Origin: Octopus vulgaris
Taxonomy: Eukaryota
Direction: 5' to 3'
NCBI GenBank assembly: GCA_951406725.2
Contig: OX597815.1
Location: 91,636,001-91,700,000 of the forward strand
Length of the DNA stretch: 64,000 nt
Every line of letters starts with the position of its first letter. Position 1 is the first letter of the stretch. Positions 38,409 through 51,200 of the stretch are shown in pieces. The notes beneath the pieces are model-generated. The model was not told the origin of the DNA. It did not search any database and saw nothing but the letters and a program-made list of their open reading frames with translations. A program made the translations under genes and the position numbers.

Positions 38409-39537
38409 AATTCCTCATCTCAACAATGTTACCATCTGCTGCTACTTTTGTTTATGAGTATCATTTGTTTCTTAATTCTTCATTTTGGAATAACCTCATC
38501 AGCCCCTGCTCCAAGACTGGGGAGAAATGAAGATCAGTAAGCAAGTGACATTGGAATGCTAGTGGTATTAATTAATGTCCAGTTTGAACTTTCGCATGTT
38601 AGTGGGGTTACTAAGAGAATTATAGATATGGGTATGTTTCCCAGAACAAAGAAATTTTGGGCCAAGTTGTTTATTGCAGAGTCAGAGAATGAGGATTGTA
38701 GTTGTAATTGTAGTAGTAGTAGTGGTGGTAGTAGGAGCAGCAGCAGCTGTTTCTTTGGTTTATTTGTTTTTTTCTTTTGTTTAACCCCTGGTCATCCCTG
38801 AGCAATCAGGTGTATGATCAAAGGTTTCATAGAAGTAACCATTCTGTCCTTGTCAAGACAGTATATCTAGGACCATAATGTGTCCTTCCTTTATCAAAGG
38901 CAAGAGGTCGTTTCTCAAGGGACATGTAACATTCTCATTGGTTCAAAGGTGAGAAGTACACAGACAATCTAGTAAGCATAGACCTTTCAGTGGATTGATG
39001 TTTTGTCATGGATTCTTTGTTTGTCTTCACTTACCACTTATTACAGCAATGATTCGATGATAAATAAGTTTTCTCTTGGAAAAAAATTTCAGTTTATCAC
39101 AGATAAATTCATCACATATATAGAGAGGAAATTGAACTAAACACTACAAACCAGTGAAATACTTTTCAGTTCTGCAATGTTGTCGCTGTGTACAGCAGGG
39201 ATTTATACTTATCTATCTGCAGCAACTACATGCAGCTGGATGAACCAAATGATAATTAAGTGTCTTAGCAACAAACACAGTGTGCACCAGGAGCAGTATA
39301 CAAACAACTATTCCTTTTTCAGTAGCCTATCAATGTAGCCAATCACGCTCTCAGTAACTGGAATATCCTGATTGGTTAATCTGTTTGTAAGCCTTTTGTT
39401 ACCATATTTCTATTGAAACTCACTGCCTTTGTTTGAGTTAAATGTGAAAATAATGAAGAATTTAGTAAAATATGTTTGGAACATAAATTAACATGGAATT
39501 TTGATGGGATCATTTTAAAGCATGAAGTTTATATTAA

Positions 39538-40213
39538 AACTGTGCTGGTATGGTCATGTGTTATGTAAGGATGAGAACAGTTTCATGAGGAAGTGCCACT
39601 CTCTAACTGTGGAAGGAACCTGTGGAAGAGGTAGACCCAGGAAGACATGGGATGGATTGGTGAAGCATGACCTTCAAACACTGGGCCTCACAGAGGCAAT
39701 GATAGGAGACTGAGACCTTTGGAGATATGCTGTGATTGAGAAGACCCGGCAACTAAAATGAGATTGCAGCCTCGAATGTCTGGCCCAGTTAAGAGTACCC
39801 CTGATGCATCGGGTTCTATGATATGCTTGAGAAGACTTGTTAAGTCAAGTAAAACCAATATTGTAACTGTGGCCAGTATCCTCTGACTGACTGACACCTG
39901 TTCCAGGGCATGTAAAAAGCACCATCCAAATGTGGCTGATGCCAGTACTCCTTGACTGGGCCCCCATGCCGGTGGCACATAAAAAGCACCATCCGAATGT
40001 GATCAATGCTAGGCCCACCTGACTGGCTCCTGTGCCAGTGGCACATAAAAAGCACCCACTACACTTTCTGAGTGGTTGTCATTAGGAAGGGCATCTAGCT
40101 GTAGAAACATTGCCCGATCAGATTGGAGGCTGGTGTAGCTGCTGGCTCTCCAGACCTCAGTCAAACCGTCCAACCCATGCCAGCATGGAAAACAAACGTT
40201 AAACGATGATGAT
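39538..40213 (+). mobile_element. 5'-truncated RTE LINE (ORF C-terminus plus 3' UTR with about 3 tandem units)
   Basis: LCWYGHVL..DE....KC..LTVEG..GRGRPRKTW...VKHDL matches the RTE C-terminus at 55760-55980; (GAT)n tail. Confidence 0.9.
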
Positions 40214-40405
40214 CATCATCATCATCTTCATTTTTACATTTATTTTCAGTGGTGGCATGGTTGGTTTGACAGGGTCCAGTTGGTCAGAGAATTAAGTCCT
40301 GCTTTAATGTCTCAATTTTTTCATGATTTCTTCAGCTCGATGCCCTTCTTAATACCAATTACTTTACAAACTGTACTGGCTACTTTTTCTCATGATACCA
40401 TCACT
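40214..40405 (-). mobile_element. Older RTE 3' end, tail-to-tail with the preceding copy
   Basis: (CAT)n...ggcatggttggtttgacagg...gatgcccttcttaataccaa. Confidence 0.6.
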
Positions 40406-40685
40406 TGCCAAACTAAAGAGTCCTCCCATCTCAACAAAGAGAGAGGATAAGAGACTGAGTGTCTGCTTTATGCAAAATGTTAAGCTAGTAAATTATGATG
40501 GGAGGAGCAAAGACAGGTTTGTTCTGATGAAGATTCATTGTTACCTCACAAGGATGGATGTAGGTGGCTGGAGTGGTACTAGAAATATCTATTAAGAGCT
40601 TGCCATTGAATGAAGAAAAGAGCACTCAATACATGTTGCAATGTATATGGTGTAAATAAACTATACATACATGTGTGTGTGTAAA

Positions 40686-41910
40686 CAGAGTGCAGTGAAT
40701 AAATTGTTGCCTAAATTACAAAAAAATGAAAATCACACTGACATCTCATTTTAGCAGATATATTTACCACAATTACTTTAAGATATCTTGAAATACTAAA
40801 GAGTAAATTTATTCAATAAAATCGCCATTGACTTCAGCCATGGCCTCCAGATGACTTTGGAATCTCCTGCAACTCTTCTGGATGGTCTCCTTGTTGATGA
40901 GTGCTGCCATAATCCTTGCCTTCACTTCATCTTTAATGTTACAAGGAGTTTAATAATAATCAAGTGGGTTGCAGTCCAGGGAGTTAGGTGACCAGATGTT
41001 AGGGGGATATGGTCGCAGAAAACATCTTACAGCCATGCCTGGGTTCTCCTGTTTGTGTGGCATGATGCAGATTCCTGTTGTCAGACATAGAGTCTTCCAG
41101 CAGCTTCCCTCTCCACCCAGGGCAGCTCTACCTCCTCCAGGTACTTGATGTAGGCCTCTGTGTTGAGTTTTAGGCGGTGTGAGAAGATGAATAGAGGCAT
41201 AACATCGCCATCACTAATGATCACTCCAAACACCATAATGTTGACTAGATGCTTGATTTTTATCACTTTCAGTACATATTTTGGTTCTGTGTGTTTACCA
41301 TCTGATCCTAGCAGAAATTTTTCTCATCTGAGAAAAACTAAAGCATGTTTGGCTTGAGTTTGTTCAAAAACTTCGTAGCATGGTCTTTCCTCTTGTCCTT
41401 GATGGCTTGGGATAAAAATTGCCCCTTTCTCATCTTGTATGAGGAATACTGAATGTCTTCACGCACTACCTGATAAGTAACTCAGACACTCCCATATCCC
41501 TGGCAATGGACCTGATTGACTTGGAGGGATTGTTGTCAATCATGGCCTGGATCTCACCAACAAATTCAGGAGTTCTTTTCTTATGAGAACAATCAGGGTG
41601 AGTTTTCCAAGATGTCATACCTTCATAATCACCATTAAACTCATTCAACTCTTTCCAAATCCTCTGCACTGTCCTCAGATTGACACCCAAATACTCTGAA
41701 ATGTTTGTATTGGAGCTCCCAGCGCAAATGCCAAGCAGTACAGCATGTTGTTTTCAAATTTCTTGCCAAATGAATTGCGTCATGGTGCTGTTTTTCTCAC
41801 AGATAGTGCCCAAATGACCCTACTATACTGTGTAGTCAACAAAATTCAAAACAATGTCCATGTGCAAAATTAAAAATATAAAATGCCTACAATTTACCCA
41901 TCGCATCCTA
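40686..41910 (-). mobile_element. Tc1/mariner superfamily transposon, maT/DD37D-like, near full length, dead
   Basis: Imperfect TIRs cag(a/g)gtgc..tg..taaattgt; motifs NLRTVQRI, SIRSIARDMGVS (HTH), FSDEKNF, QQESASCH, WSPNSLDCNPLDY; multiple frameshifts. Confidence 0.9.
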
Positions 41911-41961
41911 TATGTATATGTGTGTGTATGTATGTATATATATATATATTTATATATATAT

Positions 41962-42125
41962 ATGGAGAGAATTCACAAAAAAGCAAAAGACAAAGACAGG
42001 TGGTGTAGACAACAAACAGATGTATTAGTTAAATGCTCAGGAAGTGAAAAAGTCTTTAACGTTTCGAGCCTACGCTCTTCCACAGAAAGGAACACAGAAA
42101 GAAACAAGGAGAAAAAATAAAGAGA

Positions 42126-42126
<1 letters not shown>
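41962..42126 (-). mobile_element. Penelope-type terminal fragment with a hammerhead-like motif, inserted in (TA)n
   Basis: Minus strand CTGTGGA-a-GAGC-gtag-GCTC-GAAACGTTA; a related copy at about 58140-58260 lacks this segment. Confidence 0.55.
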
Positions 42127-42158
<32 letters not shown>

Positions 42159-42291
42159 AGAGGAATGAATGTAAAAATACATTATGCAGGATATACTGTA
42201 AGCAATTCAAAATTATTCACAAATATATCAGTGGCCAGAACATGCAATCAAAAAATTTTATTTTCATATAAGAAGAGTGTATAAATGTGAA

Positions 42292-42753
42292 TAAATCACA
42301 ATTATAATGGAGAGGGTTATAAAAACCGTTAGATGCCTAGAAATAGCAGTCAAAACCGCTATAAAGCCACTATAAACTCATATTACATCTCCTCAACCAT
42401 AAAAGCTGTTGGCATGTGACATGACATTCAAATTCAAAATTTAAATAAAATAAAAGGTTAGTCCTCTATTGCAATTTCAAAGTTAGGAACCAAAACGGGA
42501 TCCATTCTTCTCGTCAGTAGAACATTCCTACACATAGAAATTAACACAAAAAAAAAAACATACCTTGGGGCTTAACATGTGTCCCGGCCAGCAAGAATAA
42601 TGTGTCAATGTCTGTCTACACAATTCAAATTCTGAATTCAAACGTCAGGAGTTATTTTCTTAATTAATGTTTATAATGGCTTTATAGCAGTTTTAACTGC
42701 TATTTCTAGGCATGTAAGTGGTTTTATAACCCTCGCTGTTATAATTGTGATTT
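42292..42753. mobile_element. MITE-like element with ~90 bp terminal inverted repeats
   Basis: taaatcacaattataatggagagggttataaaaacc...tgcctagaaatagcagt vs actgctatttctaggca...ggttttataaccctcgctgttataattgtgattta. Confidence 0.85.
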
Positions 42754-45700
42754 ATTCACATTTATATACTCTTCTTTTATATATGTATGTGGGTGTGTGT
42801 GTATATGTTTGTATGTATGTATGTATGCATCTGAACATGAGTGGAATGGAAATTCTCTTACTTGAGAAACAGGTAAGATTGACACAAAGGGCATCTAGCT
42901 GTAAAAACAATACTTTGGTATTATGTGTTGAGCCAACCCATGCTAACATGGTAAAACAGACATAAAAACAACAAATGAACCCACACACACATGTGAAAGC
43001 TTATTTTTTTTCGAAGACTTGTACCTCACACAGTAATTGTAGAAATGACGCTTCAATATTCTACCATTTCTTGTCACCTTAACAAGCAAAAAATATCAAA
43101 ACCACACCATTTACCTGCCCCCCCCCCACACACACACACACACACTTCCTAATGAGCTAATGATCTGTGTCAGAAATAATATATCTTGGGGTTCACTCTG
43201 ACATTGTAATGACCTGGTTTCCTATAAGATTCATTGTCAATGAGCAAAGATAAGAATAACAGATTCACCAACCAACAACAAGAAGATTTTTTTTAATGCA
43301 ACAACACCTGTATTAAAAAAGAATCATCTTTCTTTTTATTTTTTAATATGAAATGAGGGTGAAAAAGAGATATGAAGATCTAACCAGCTTTAACGATGGT
43401 AGAAAAAATATCTGAAATCCAGCTAATTTGGTGGAAATTTTGTGATGTGATATTCTTCTGGCCAATTGTAAATCATTGATATTATACCCTGAAAATAGAT
43501 TATGCATAGATTAGATATAGTAGTAGTGTAATGAGAGGGAGAGACAGAAATAAAGATAGATAGATAGAGAGAGAGTAAATAACCATGTCTTTCTTAAGAT
43601 AGCAAATCAAGTAATGTGTTTCTTTTTTTTTTTGTTTTGTCAACTCAGTTACACTATCTTTGTTGTTGCTGCTGTCATTATCATCATCATCATCATCATC
43701 ATCACCATCATTTGCCAATGTTAGAAACCAATATTTCACTAATGTAAGAAATGATGATGATCATCATGATCGTGGTGGTGGTGGTGGTGGCGGTGGTAGT
43801 GGTGGTAGTAGTAGGCTTCATCCTCATCATTCTCATCATCATCATCATTATTATTAGTTAGCTTACTTTTTAGCAGGGTAAAAAAAAATGTAGAAAATAA
43901 GTTTGTTTTTTTTTTAAATCTATAATCTAAAAACAACAACAACAACAACAGCAACAAGGATGACATTGATGGAACACACACCCACACAAACAAAATCACA
44001 GCTTTATTTGTAATAATCAATTTATGCAAGGGAAAATAATAGAGATTATAAGACATACAATAATCAAGAGTATAAAGTGTATTGATTGTCAGCGAAAACA
44101 ATAGCAGCTTCATATGGAGATGGAGTTCTCAAGTTTGTGTGTTATATGTTATGCATATAATGTATCTGCATATTTGTATGTATGCCCATATGTATCTGTG
44201 TGTGTGTGTGTGTGTGTGTGTGTGAGTGTGTGTGAGTACCCTGGGTGTCCACAGTTCAGTGGCTAAAACCAATAGAATATGTATATGCAGACATGTGTAT
44301 ATGTATAGATATGTCAATATTATTGCATACACATACTTCAGTATATAATTCCATGCCTTAGACTAAAGAACTCAATGCAAAAACAGAGTGTAATTAGTAT
44401 AATTTATACTTAGAGATGTATGTATCCAAAATCAATAAAGAAACTGTTTTTGTTTTGTTTTTTTTATATACTACTGCCCATATACCTTCATTTTGTCTAT
44501 GTATGACTTACCGGCTGAGAAGTTAAGGCAGAAAGAAACTTTTTAAAGCAGTCCTCACTTACGATCATAAAATTTAATCAACATACATGAAAGATGATAT
44601 TTATATTATTCAAAACAAATATGTCTACACTTACATTCAAGCGGTAGGTGTAAGTGCTCAATACTAAAGCAGAGCATAAATAGTAGTCTAATAATATAGA
44701 AATATATTTATGCATATAACTGAACAACAATGCTGCATAGTAGTGAAATGTAGGCACTGAAATCAGAGGACATGTGAGGGCTAGAAAAAAATAAAGTTAG
44801 CATATGAAGCATCAGATGTAATGTGCACACTACATTTCATGCCACTTATACCCACATTTTTCTCTCAACACATTTTCTCTTTGTTCCCTTGTGTGTCCTT
44901 TCCTTAGAACCACTTCCTTTGTTACTTATCTTGCACTCTCAACATCATCCTTCACCACTTTATCTTCCCCCTGAATGCTCCATTCCCATAAACACCATCT
45001 TATATCTGCTATTGACATACCCTAGCCATTTTTGCCATTCACTATATCCATCCCTACATGCCTCTAATCTCCATCTTTGTCACTGTGCATTTTCTTTCTT
45101 TTCCCACACTTCACAGCATTTCTCTATTTCTTACCTATGGTTATATTATACTGTTGCTCTCCCCGCTTCCCTTTTATGTATTTCCATTTATTACCTACTC
45201 TTCCCTGACCCACTCCTGTTTTTCTATTGACCATACCTCTACCCATGTTCACCAGTCCCTGCTTTCAACTTTATCCCAATTTCTAACCATCCATCACTCT
45301 CCTTTCACAGTCTTGCAAATTTACCTACCTATTGATCATCAATTCTCTGACCCTATTCTTTCCTTATCCTCCATATTTTACCTTGAGGGTATACCCTGAT
45401 ACCTCATCTCCACCATTCTTTCTCCCTTTCCAACTGGGGTAGCCACTAATTTCCTCTACAATGTACCTCTTCCTGCCCCTCTATCATATTTTAGCTTCTC
45501 AATACTTAGCACAATACCATTTTCCTCACTCTGTCAGGGGATTTTGTTTTGTGAGTAATTTGGTGATCTTGCTAGTGTTGATACCATAAAAAATACCCAT
45601 TACTAACCGTAAAGGGCATATAGACATAAAAAGCCATGCCAAAGCTGTCATAAGAGCTCAAAATAGTCCTCTGACTTGTTAGATCCAGTCAAACCATCCA

Positions 45701-47074
45701 ATCCATGCCAGTATGGATATCCAAACAAAATTAGAGTAATAGTTTTCACTCTGGGCCAGATGTCTGGTTTCATCAAAGTATGACTCATCAACAAAGAAAC
45801 TTAATTCGATTTTCAATTTTGTTTAATAGTTAAGGAAAAAAATTGTATTACTTTTACAGAGATACTCAATCATTTTCACAAGAGCCTCAACTGTTTTTCT
45901 TTGTTCTATGGAGCTGTCCAATTATTTATATGGACATGACCAAACTTCATGCATATATATGATAGTTACTGTAAAAACTTTCTGCCTCAGTCTCTCCATT
46001 GACAAGACATACATTGACAAAACCAGACACAGGGTCTGGAGCGTAAAAATGTCCTTATTGATTATAGATAAATACATTTCTAATTGTGTTTTTGTATTAC
46101 TTGATTATACACTTTACTCTCCGCTTTTGCATCAAGCACTTTCTTCAAACACTAGGAAATGTATGCTAAAGTATATATTTTAAATAATATTAATATTCAC
46201 TCACATGTATATGTTACATAATTGAGCACTCTTAGCTATGAATTGATGGGACATAATGATTACAGTAGTTTTATATTATTTCACTTTCATTTTATAGTAA
46301 TTGAAATAAAATTATAAGTTCTATGGTGATATCCAAGCATTTATACAAAACCGGAACAGTTTTTCTTAGTTGCATAGAAGATGTTTGATTATTTTCACAG
46401 ACTTCACCAAACTTTATGCTTATAACCAAAAATTGATGTGCAAAAAATTTCTTTCTGCCATGGCTTCTCTGCTGATCAGTCATACATTGATAAAACCAGT
46501 TGGTTTTTTTTTTTTTGGTTTTTTTTTTTGGTTTTTTGGTTCACAGTGTAAAAAATATCATTATTGATTTTGGATATATACATTTATAGGTATATTTTTA
46601 TATTACTAGAGTATGCAATATCTCTCCCCAATCTTTCACTCTTTCTTTCTCTTTCTCTCTCTCTCTCTCGTTTTCTCTCTCTCCCTATACGTGTATGTGT
46701 GTACACACACACACACACAGCCACAGAGTATATATCTATATGCATTCTTTTATTATTTTTCTGGTTTCAGTCATTGCTCTGTGTCCATGCTCAGTCATTA
46801 CCTTCTAGAATATGTAGTCAGTTATATAGCTCTCAATACTTATTTTATCAACCTCAGAAAGTGAATGGTAGCAAAGTCAGCTGAGCGGAACTCAAAGCTT
46901 GCATTGATTATTCACGTACCCCATGCAAGCACGAGTTAGATGAATATATATATTGAGGCATTGTTTTACAATATCATTCCTGCCACTAACACCTATTTTC
47001 CAAATAGGGGATTTTTTTTTATTTTACATATGAAGACATTGAGTGAGTGAACAAGTTATTGACAGGAAAAGTGA

Positions 47075-47330
47075 AAGCAACAGTGCTGCTCATAGTGACT
47101 GTTGTAGAACAGAAAATGTAAACAAACACAAAGCTGCACACACGGACACGGGGACACTTGTGTATGTGTGTATGACGGGCTTCTTTCAGTTTCCATCTGC
47201 CAAATTCACTCATAAGGCTTTGGTTAATCCACAAGACACTTCCCCAAAATGCTGCACAGTGGTACAAAAATTGAAGACATAGCTGGAAAGAGAATTTCTT
47301 TATCACATTAATCACAGTCATGCCTGCACC
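47075..47330 (-). mobile_element. Family B SINE fragment
   Basis: gacgggcttctttcagtttccatctgccaaattcactcataaggctttgg. Confidence 0.75.
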
Positions 47331-47408
47331 ATCTCATATATATATATATGCAGAGAGAGAGAGATTTATAGATATTTATTTATACATATACATATATATA
47401 TATATATA

Positions 47409-47630
47409 CAGGGTGCAGTGAATAACACTGACATCTCATTTTAACAGATATATTTACAAAAATTACATAAAAATATCTTGAAATATTAAATATTCAATAA
47501 AATCGCCATTGACTTAAACCACAGCCTCCAGATAACTTTGGAATCTCCTACAAATCTTCTGGACGGTCTCCTTGTTTAAGTTGGTGAATGCTGCCATGAT
47601 CCTTGCCTTCAGTTCATCTTTGGTGTTACA
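47409..47630 (-). mobile_element. maT/DD37D terminal fragment
   Basis: Collinear with 40686-40945. Confidence 0.85.
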
Positions 47631-47806
47631 AAAGCACCCACTACACTCTTGGAGTGGTTGGCGTTTGGAAGGTCATCCAGTTGTAGAAACTTTGCCAGAT
47701 CTGATTGGAACTTGGCGCAGCCTATTGGCTTGCCAGTCCCCAAGTCAAACCATCCAACCCATGCCAGCATGGAGAACAGATGTTAAACAATGATGATGAT
47801 GATGAT
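47630..47806 (+). mobile_element. RTE 3' end fragment
   Basis: aaaagcacccactacactc...ccaacccatgccagcatgga...(GAT)n. Confidence 0.85.
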
Positions 47807-48638
47807 TCAATTATGCATATCTACATTTATTTATATGTAGATATTTATTTATACAAATATATTTATTCATATACGTATATAAATAAATTATTGGATTGTC
47901 AATAGTATGTCTCTATATCTAATTTATCTTTATATATATATATTTATTTAGTACTGGTGAAGGCCTGTTTATAGGGTTACCCTGAGTTTCTCGCCATAAT
48001 GAGTAATTTTATGGCATATCATCAGACCTTAAGACTTGTTGGCCTATGGCTTCTTCTCCATTTTTATGTTTTTCTAAAAAAAAAGACAATATATATGTAT
48101 GTGCATGTGTGTGTGTGTGTGTGTGCAATTGTAAAACCTTGTAAAGTACAACATGGAATATTTATAAAGCATGAGATGGTAAAAGGTGCTGATGTATGAA
48201 TATCATCATAGTTATTTAGAAAAACGATCAGTATCATCCAGTAGACTTTGAGGATGAATTTTCTTTGATGGCATTATGAATAAACTGAAGACTTCAGTAC
48301 AGCAGACAATACTCCTTTGAAGTCATGTTCTTCATGTAAAACAATTGCATGGAGGTGAGGAATTGCGTGTGGTGAAGGGTGCATGTTTCTTCCTGAAAGA
48401 TGGATTAAACCATATAACCTTTCTTCCTGTGCTTTTAGCATTTAGAGTTCTTTATGTAGATATGCATTGAATATATGTATGCAGCTGTGGGATGTTCCTC
48501 ATCATTGTTTTACACCTGCTTCCTATGTTGGCATGAGCTTGGTAGGTTATGAATCTTGTCTTTATTCGGAATTGCTGCTCTTCTAGGTAATTTAGAGGAC
48601 TACATCCCATTCATGTCTCATGTTTGGCTTAGTTTCTT

Positions 48639-48717
48639 TGACTGGATGCCTTCCTATGACCAATAGTGTGTACAACAAAACAGTACACACTATTGGTGAT
48701 AGGAAGGCATCCAGTCA
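48639..48717. repeat. Near-perfect 79 nt hairpin (35 bp stem, 1 mismatch, 9 nt loop)
   Basis: tgactggatgccttcctatgaccaatagtgtgtac-aacaaaaca-gtacacactattggtgataggaaggcatccagtca. Confidence 0.95.
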
Positions 48718-49406
48718 CACAAGCATTATATAGGTTTACGTGTCCTCAGCAAGAGGACTTGAAAATCCACTTTGTCTTTGTTCATTTACAAACCACTTTA
48801 CAGGATGTACTATGCATATTATAACTGCACCATCATTTGTGAGGCTGTCTTGTACCCCAGAAAATTGAAGAGATTCATCAGTTTGTGCTTTGTTCACAGC
48901 AACACAACAAGAAAAAGAAGGTAAACAGAATAGGAAGAACAGACTATGATATATGGGTGAAGCAAACAAGAGTATGATGTTCAAAGGGAGTGATTTGGAG
49001 GAGAGGATGGTTGAAGGAGAGAGAGAGAGAGTTGAAAAGATAAATAATAATGGAGATGTACAGTGGTGAGAGTGAGTGATAGATGCCAATGATAACTGGC
49101 TTGCAGGAAAGACAGGGAGTGATGACTGGCAGTACAAAAAAGAGTGATGGTAGATTGTAGGCTAACCTGATGCAATCCACTTCATATATACATGCGCACA
49201 TGTGTGCACACACACACACACACACACACATATTACTCATGATAGGTAAGACTGATAGAGGGATAAGAATGGTGGTGTTGAGAAATGCAATATGGGCAGA
49301 TCCAATACCATCTCTTGTAATATGGCCAGCATGATATTGTAAATGGAAGGGAAGTTTAGTGTCAGAGATAAGAGACTTGGACAGGTCTAATAACATCTTA
49401 AAGATA

Positions 49407-49544
49407 TGATATATATATATATATATACACACACATATATATATATATACACACATATATATATATATACACACACATATATATATATATACATACACAT
49501 ATATATATATATATATATATATAAATATATATATTTATATAAAC

Positions 49545-49577
<33 letters not shown>

Positions 49578-49746
49578 CATATATATATATTTATATATAT
49601 ATGTATAAATACATATATATACATATATATATATACATATATATATATGTATATATATATATAATAACATATATGAATATAAATTATATGTGTGTATATA
49701 TACATGCACATATATTTATCTATATATAATTTATATTCATAATATG

Positions 49747-49780
<34 letters not shown>
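49407..49780. repeat. Long compound (TA)n/(CA)n microsatellite
   Basis: Directly visible. Confidence 0.95.
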
Positions 49781-49783
<3 letters not shown>

Positions 49784-50534
49784 TATAACAGACATTGTAG
49801 TTTGATGCAGTCCTCTAGCATTCCAGTTCCTGTCAAACTGTTCAACCCATGCCAGTATAGAAAACAGACGTTAATTGATGATGATGACGATGACAAGATA
49901 GATAGATAGACAGACAGATAGATAGATAGATATATGGATAGAGGTGTGTGTATAGTTGTATAAACACACACTCACACACATATAAATCAACACAGACACA
50001 CGCATGCACATGCATAAACATTCCACTTTACTTTCTTCTTCCTCTCTCATCTTCTACTTCAATATCCTCCCACCTATATAAAATACCTATACAAACACAC
50101 ACACATGTGCATGCTTATACATCAGTATTTCTCGTATCTGTTTTCACAACAGCAGTAGCAGCATCAGCCCAGATATTTCTTGGTGCATTCTTCATCTAAA
50201 TAGCTGTGCATGTTTGCAAGTAGTTTGTACATTTCATATCTCTGTCAACACATCCCATTATTGATTCCTCCCACCACCACCATCACCACCACCACCACAC
50301 TATTGCTTACCACCTTACTCCCACCACCATTATCTTCATCAATGTCTATCTTCACCACCACCAACATCACTGCAACTCTGGAAGGGAGAGTAAGTGTCAG
50401 AGAGATGAGAGGTTCGGACAGGTCTAATGACATTAAGATATATATATTATTACATTATATATAGATAGATACATTGATAGATAGATAGATAGATTGATTC
50501 ATAGATTCATATATGTATATATGAGATGAGTTTA

Positions 50535-50586
<52 letters not shown>

Positions 50587-50594
50587 TATATATA

Positions 50595-50626
<32 letters not shown>

Positions 50627-50649
50627 CATATATATATATTTGTATACAT

Positions 50650-51020
50650 ATCATCATCATCATATAACGTCCGTTTTCTATGCTGGCATGGGTTGGACAG
50701 CTTGCCAGTTCTTGTAAAGCCGTCCAACCCATATATATTTATGCATACACACACACACACACATACACACACACACACACAGAGGCATCCTGCTGTAAAA
50801 ACCATGCCGAAACTGACCTTGCCTGTGATGGTGCCATGTAAAAAGCACTCAGTCCACTCTGGGGTGGTTGGTGGTATGAAGGGCACCTATCCATAAAAAA
50901 CCATGCTAAAACAGACACAGAAGTCTTGTGCAGTCTTCTGCCTGTCCAACTCCTGTTAAACCATCCAACCCATGCTACCATGGAAGGCAGATATTAAATG
51001 ATGACAATAGTGATGATGAT
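50650..51020. mobile_element. Cluster of head-to-head RTE 3' ends
   Basis: Minus-strand tail 50650-50703, short inverted copy 50717-50732, plus-strand tail 50783-51020. Confidence 0.75.
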
Positions 51021-51039
51021 ATATATATATATATATATA

Positions 51040-51200
51040 TCGTATTTTAACATGTATAAGGAACCCCCTAATTTTGGGGGCTTAAAATTTGGAAAAAAGG
51101 TTTTGTGAGGTATTATAATACTATCCATGAATAAGAAACTCCCATATTTTTTAACCTAATTTTTGACAAAAAAGGGTTCCTTATACACATTAAAATACGG
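51040..51200. mobile_element. pogo/Tigger-like MITE
   Basis: About 27 bp TIRs (c)cgtattttaa(ca/tg)tgtataaggaaccc; inserted at (TA)n. Confidence 0.8.

Noticed and set aside
44823-45399. Two ORFs over 110 aa
   Set aside because: Pyrimidine-rich low-complexity tract depleted of stop codons; no motif
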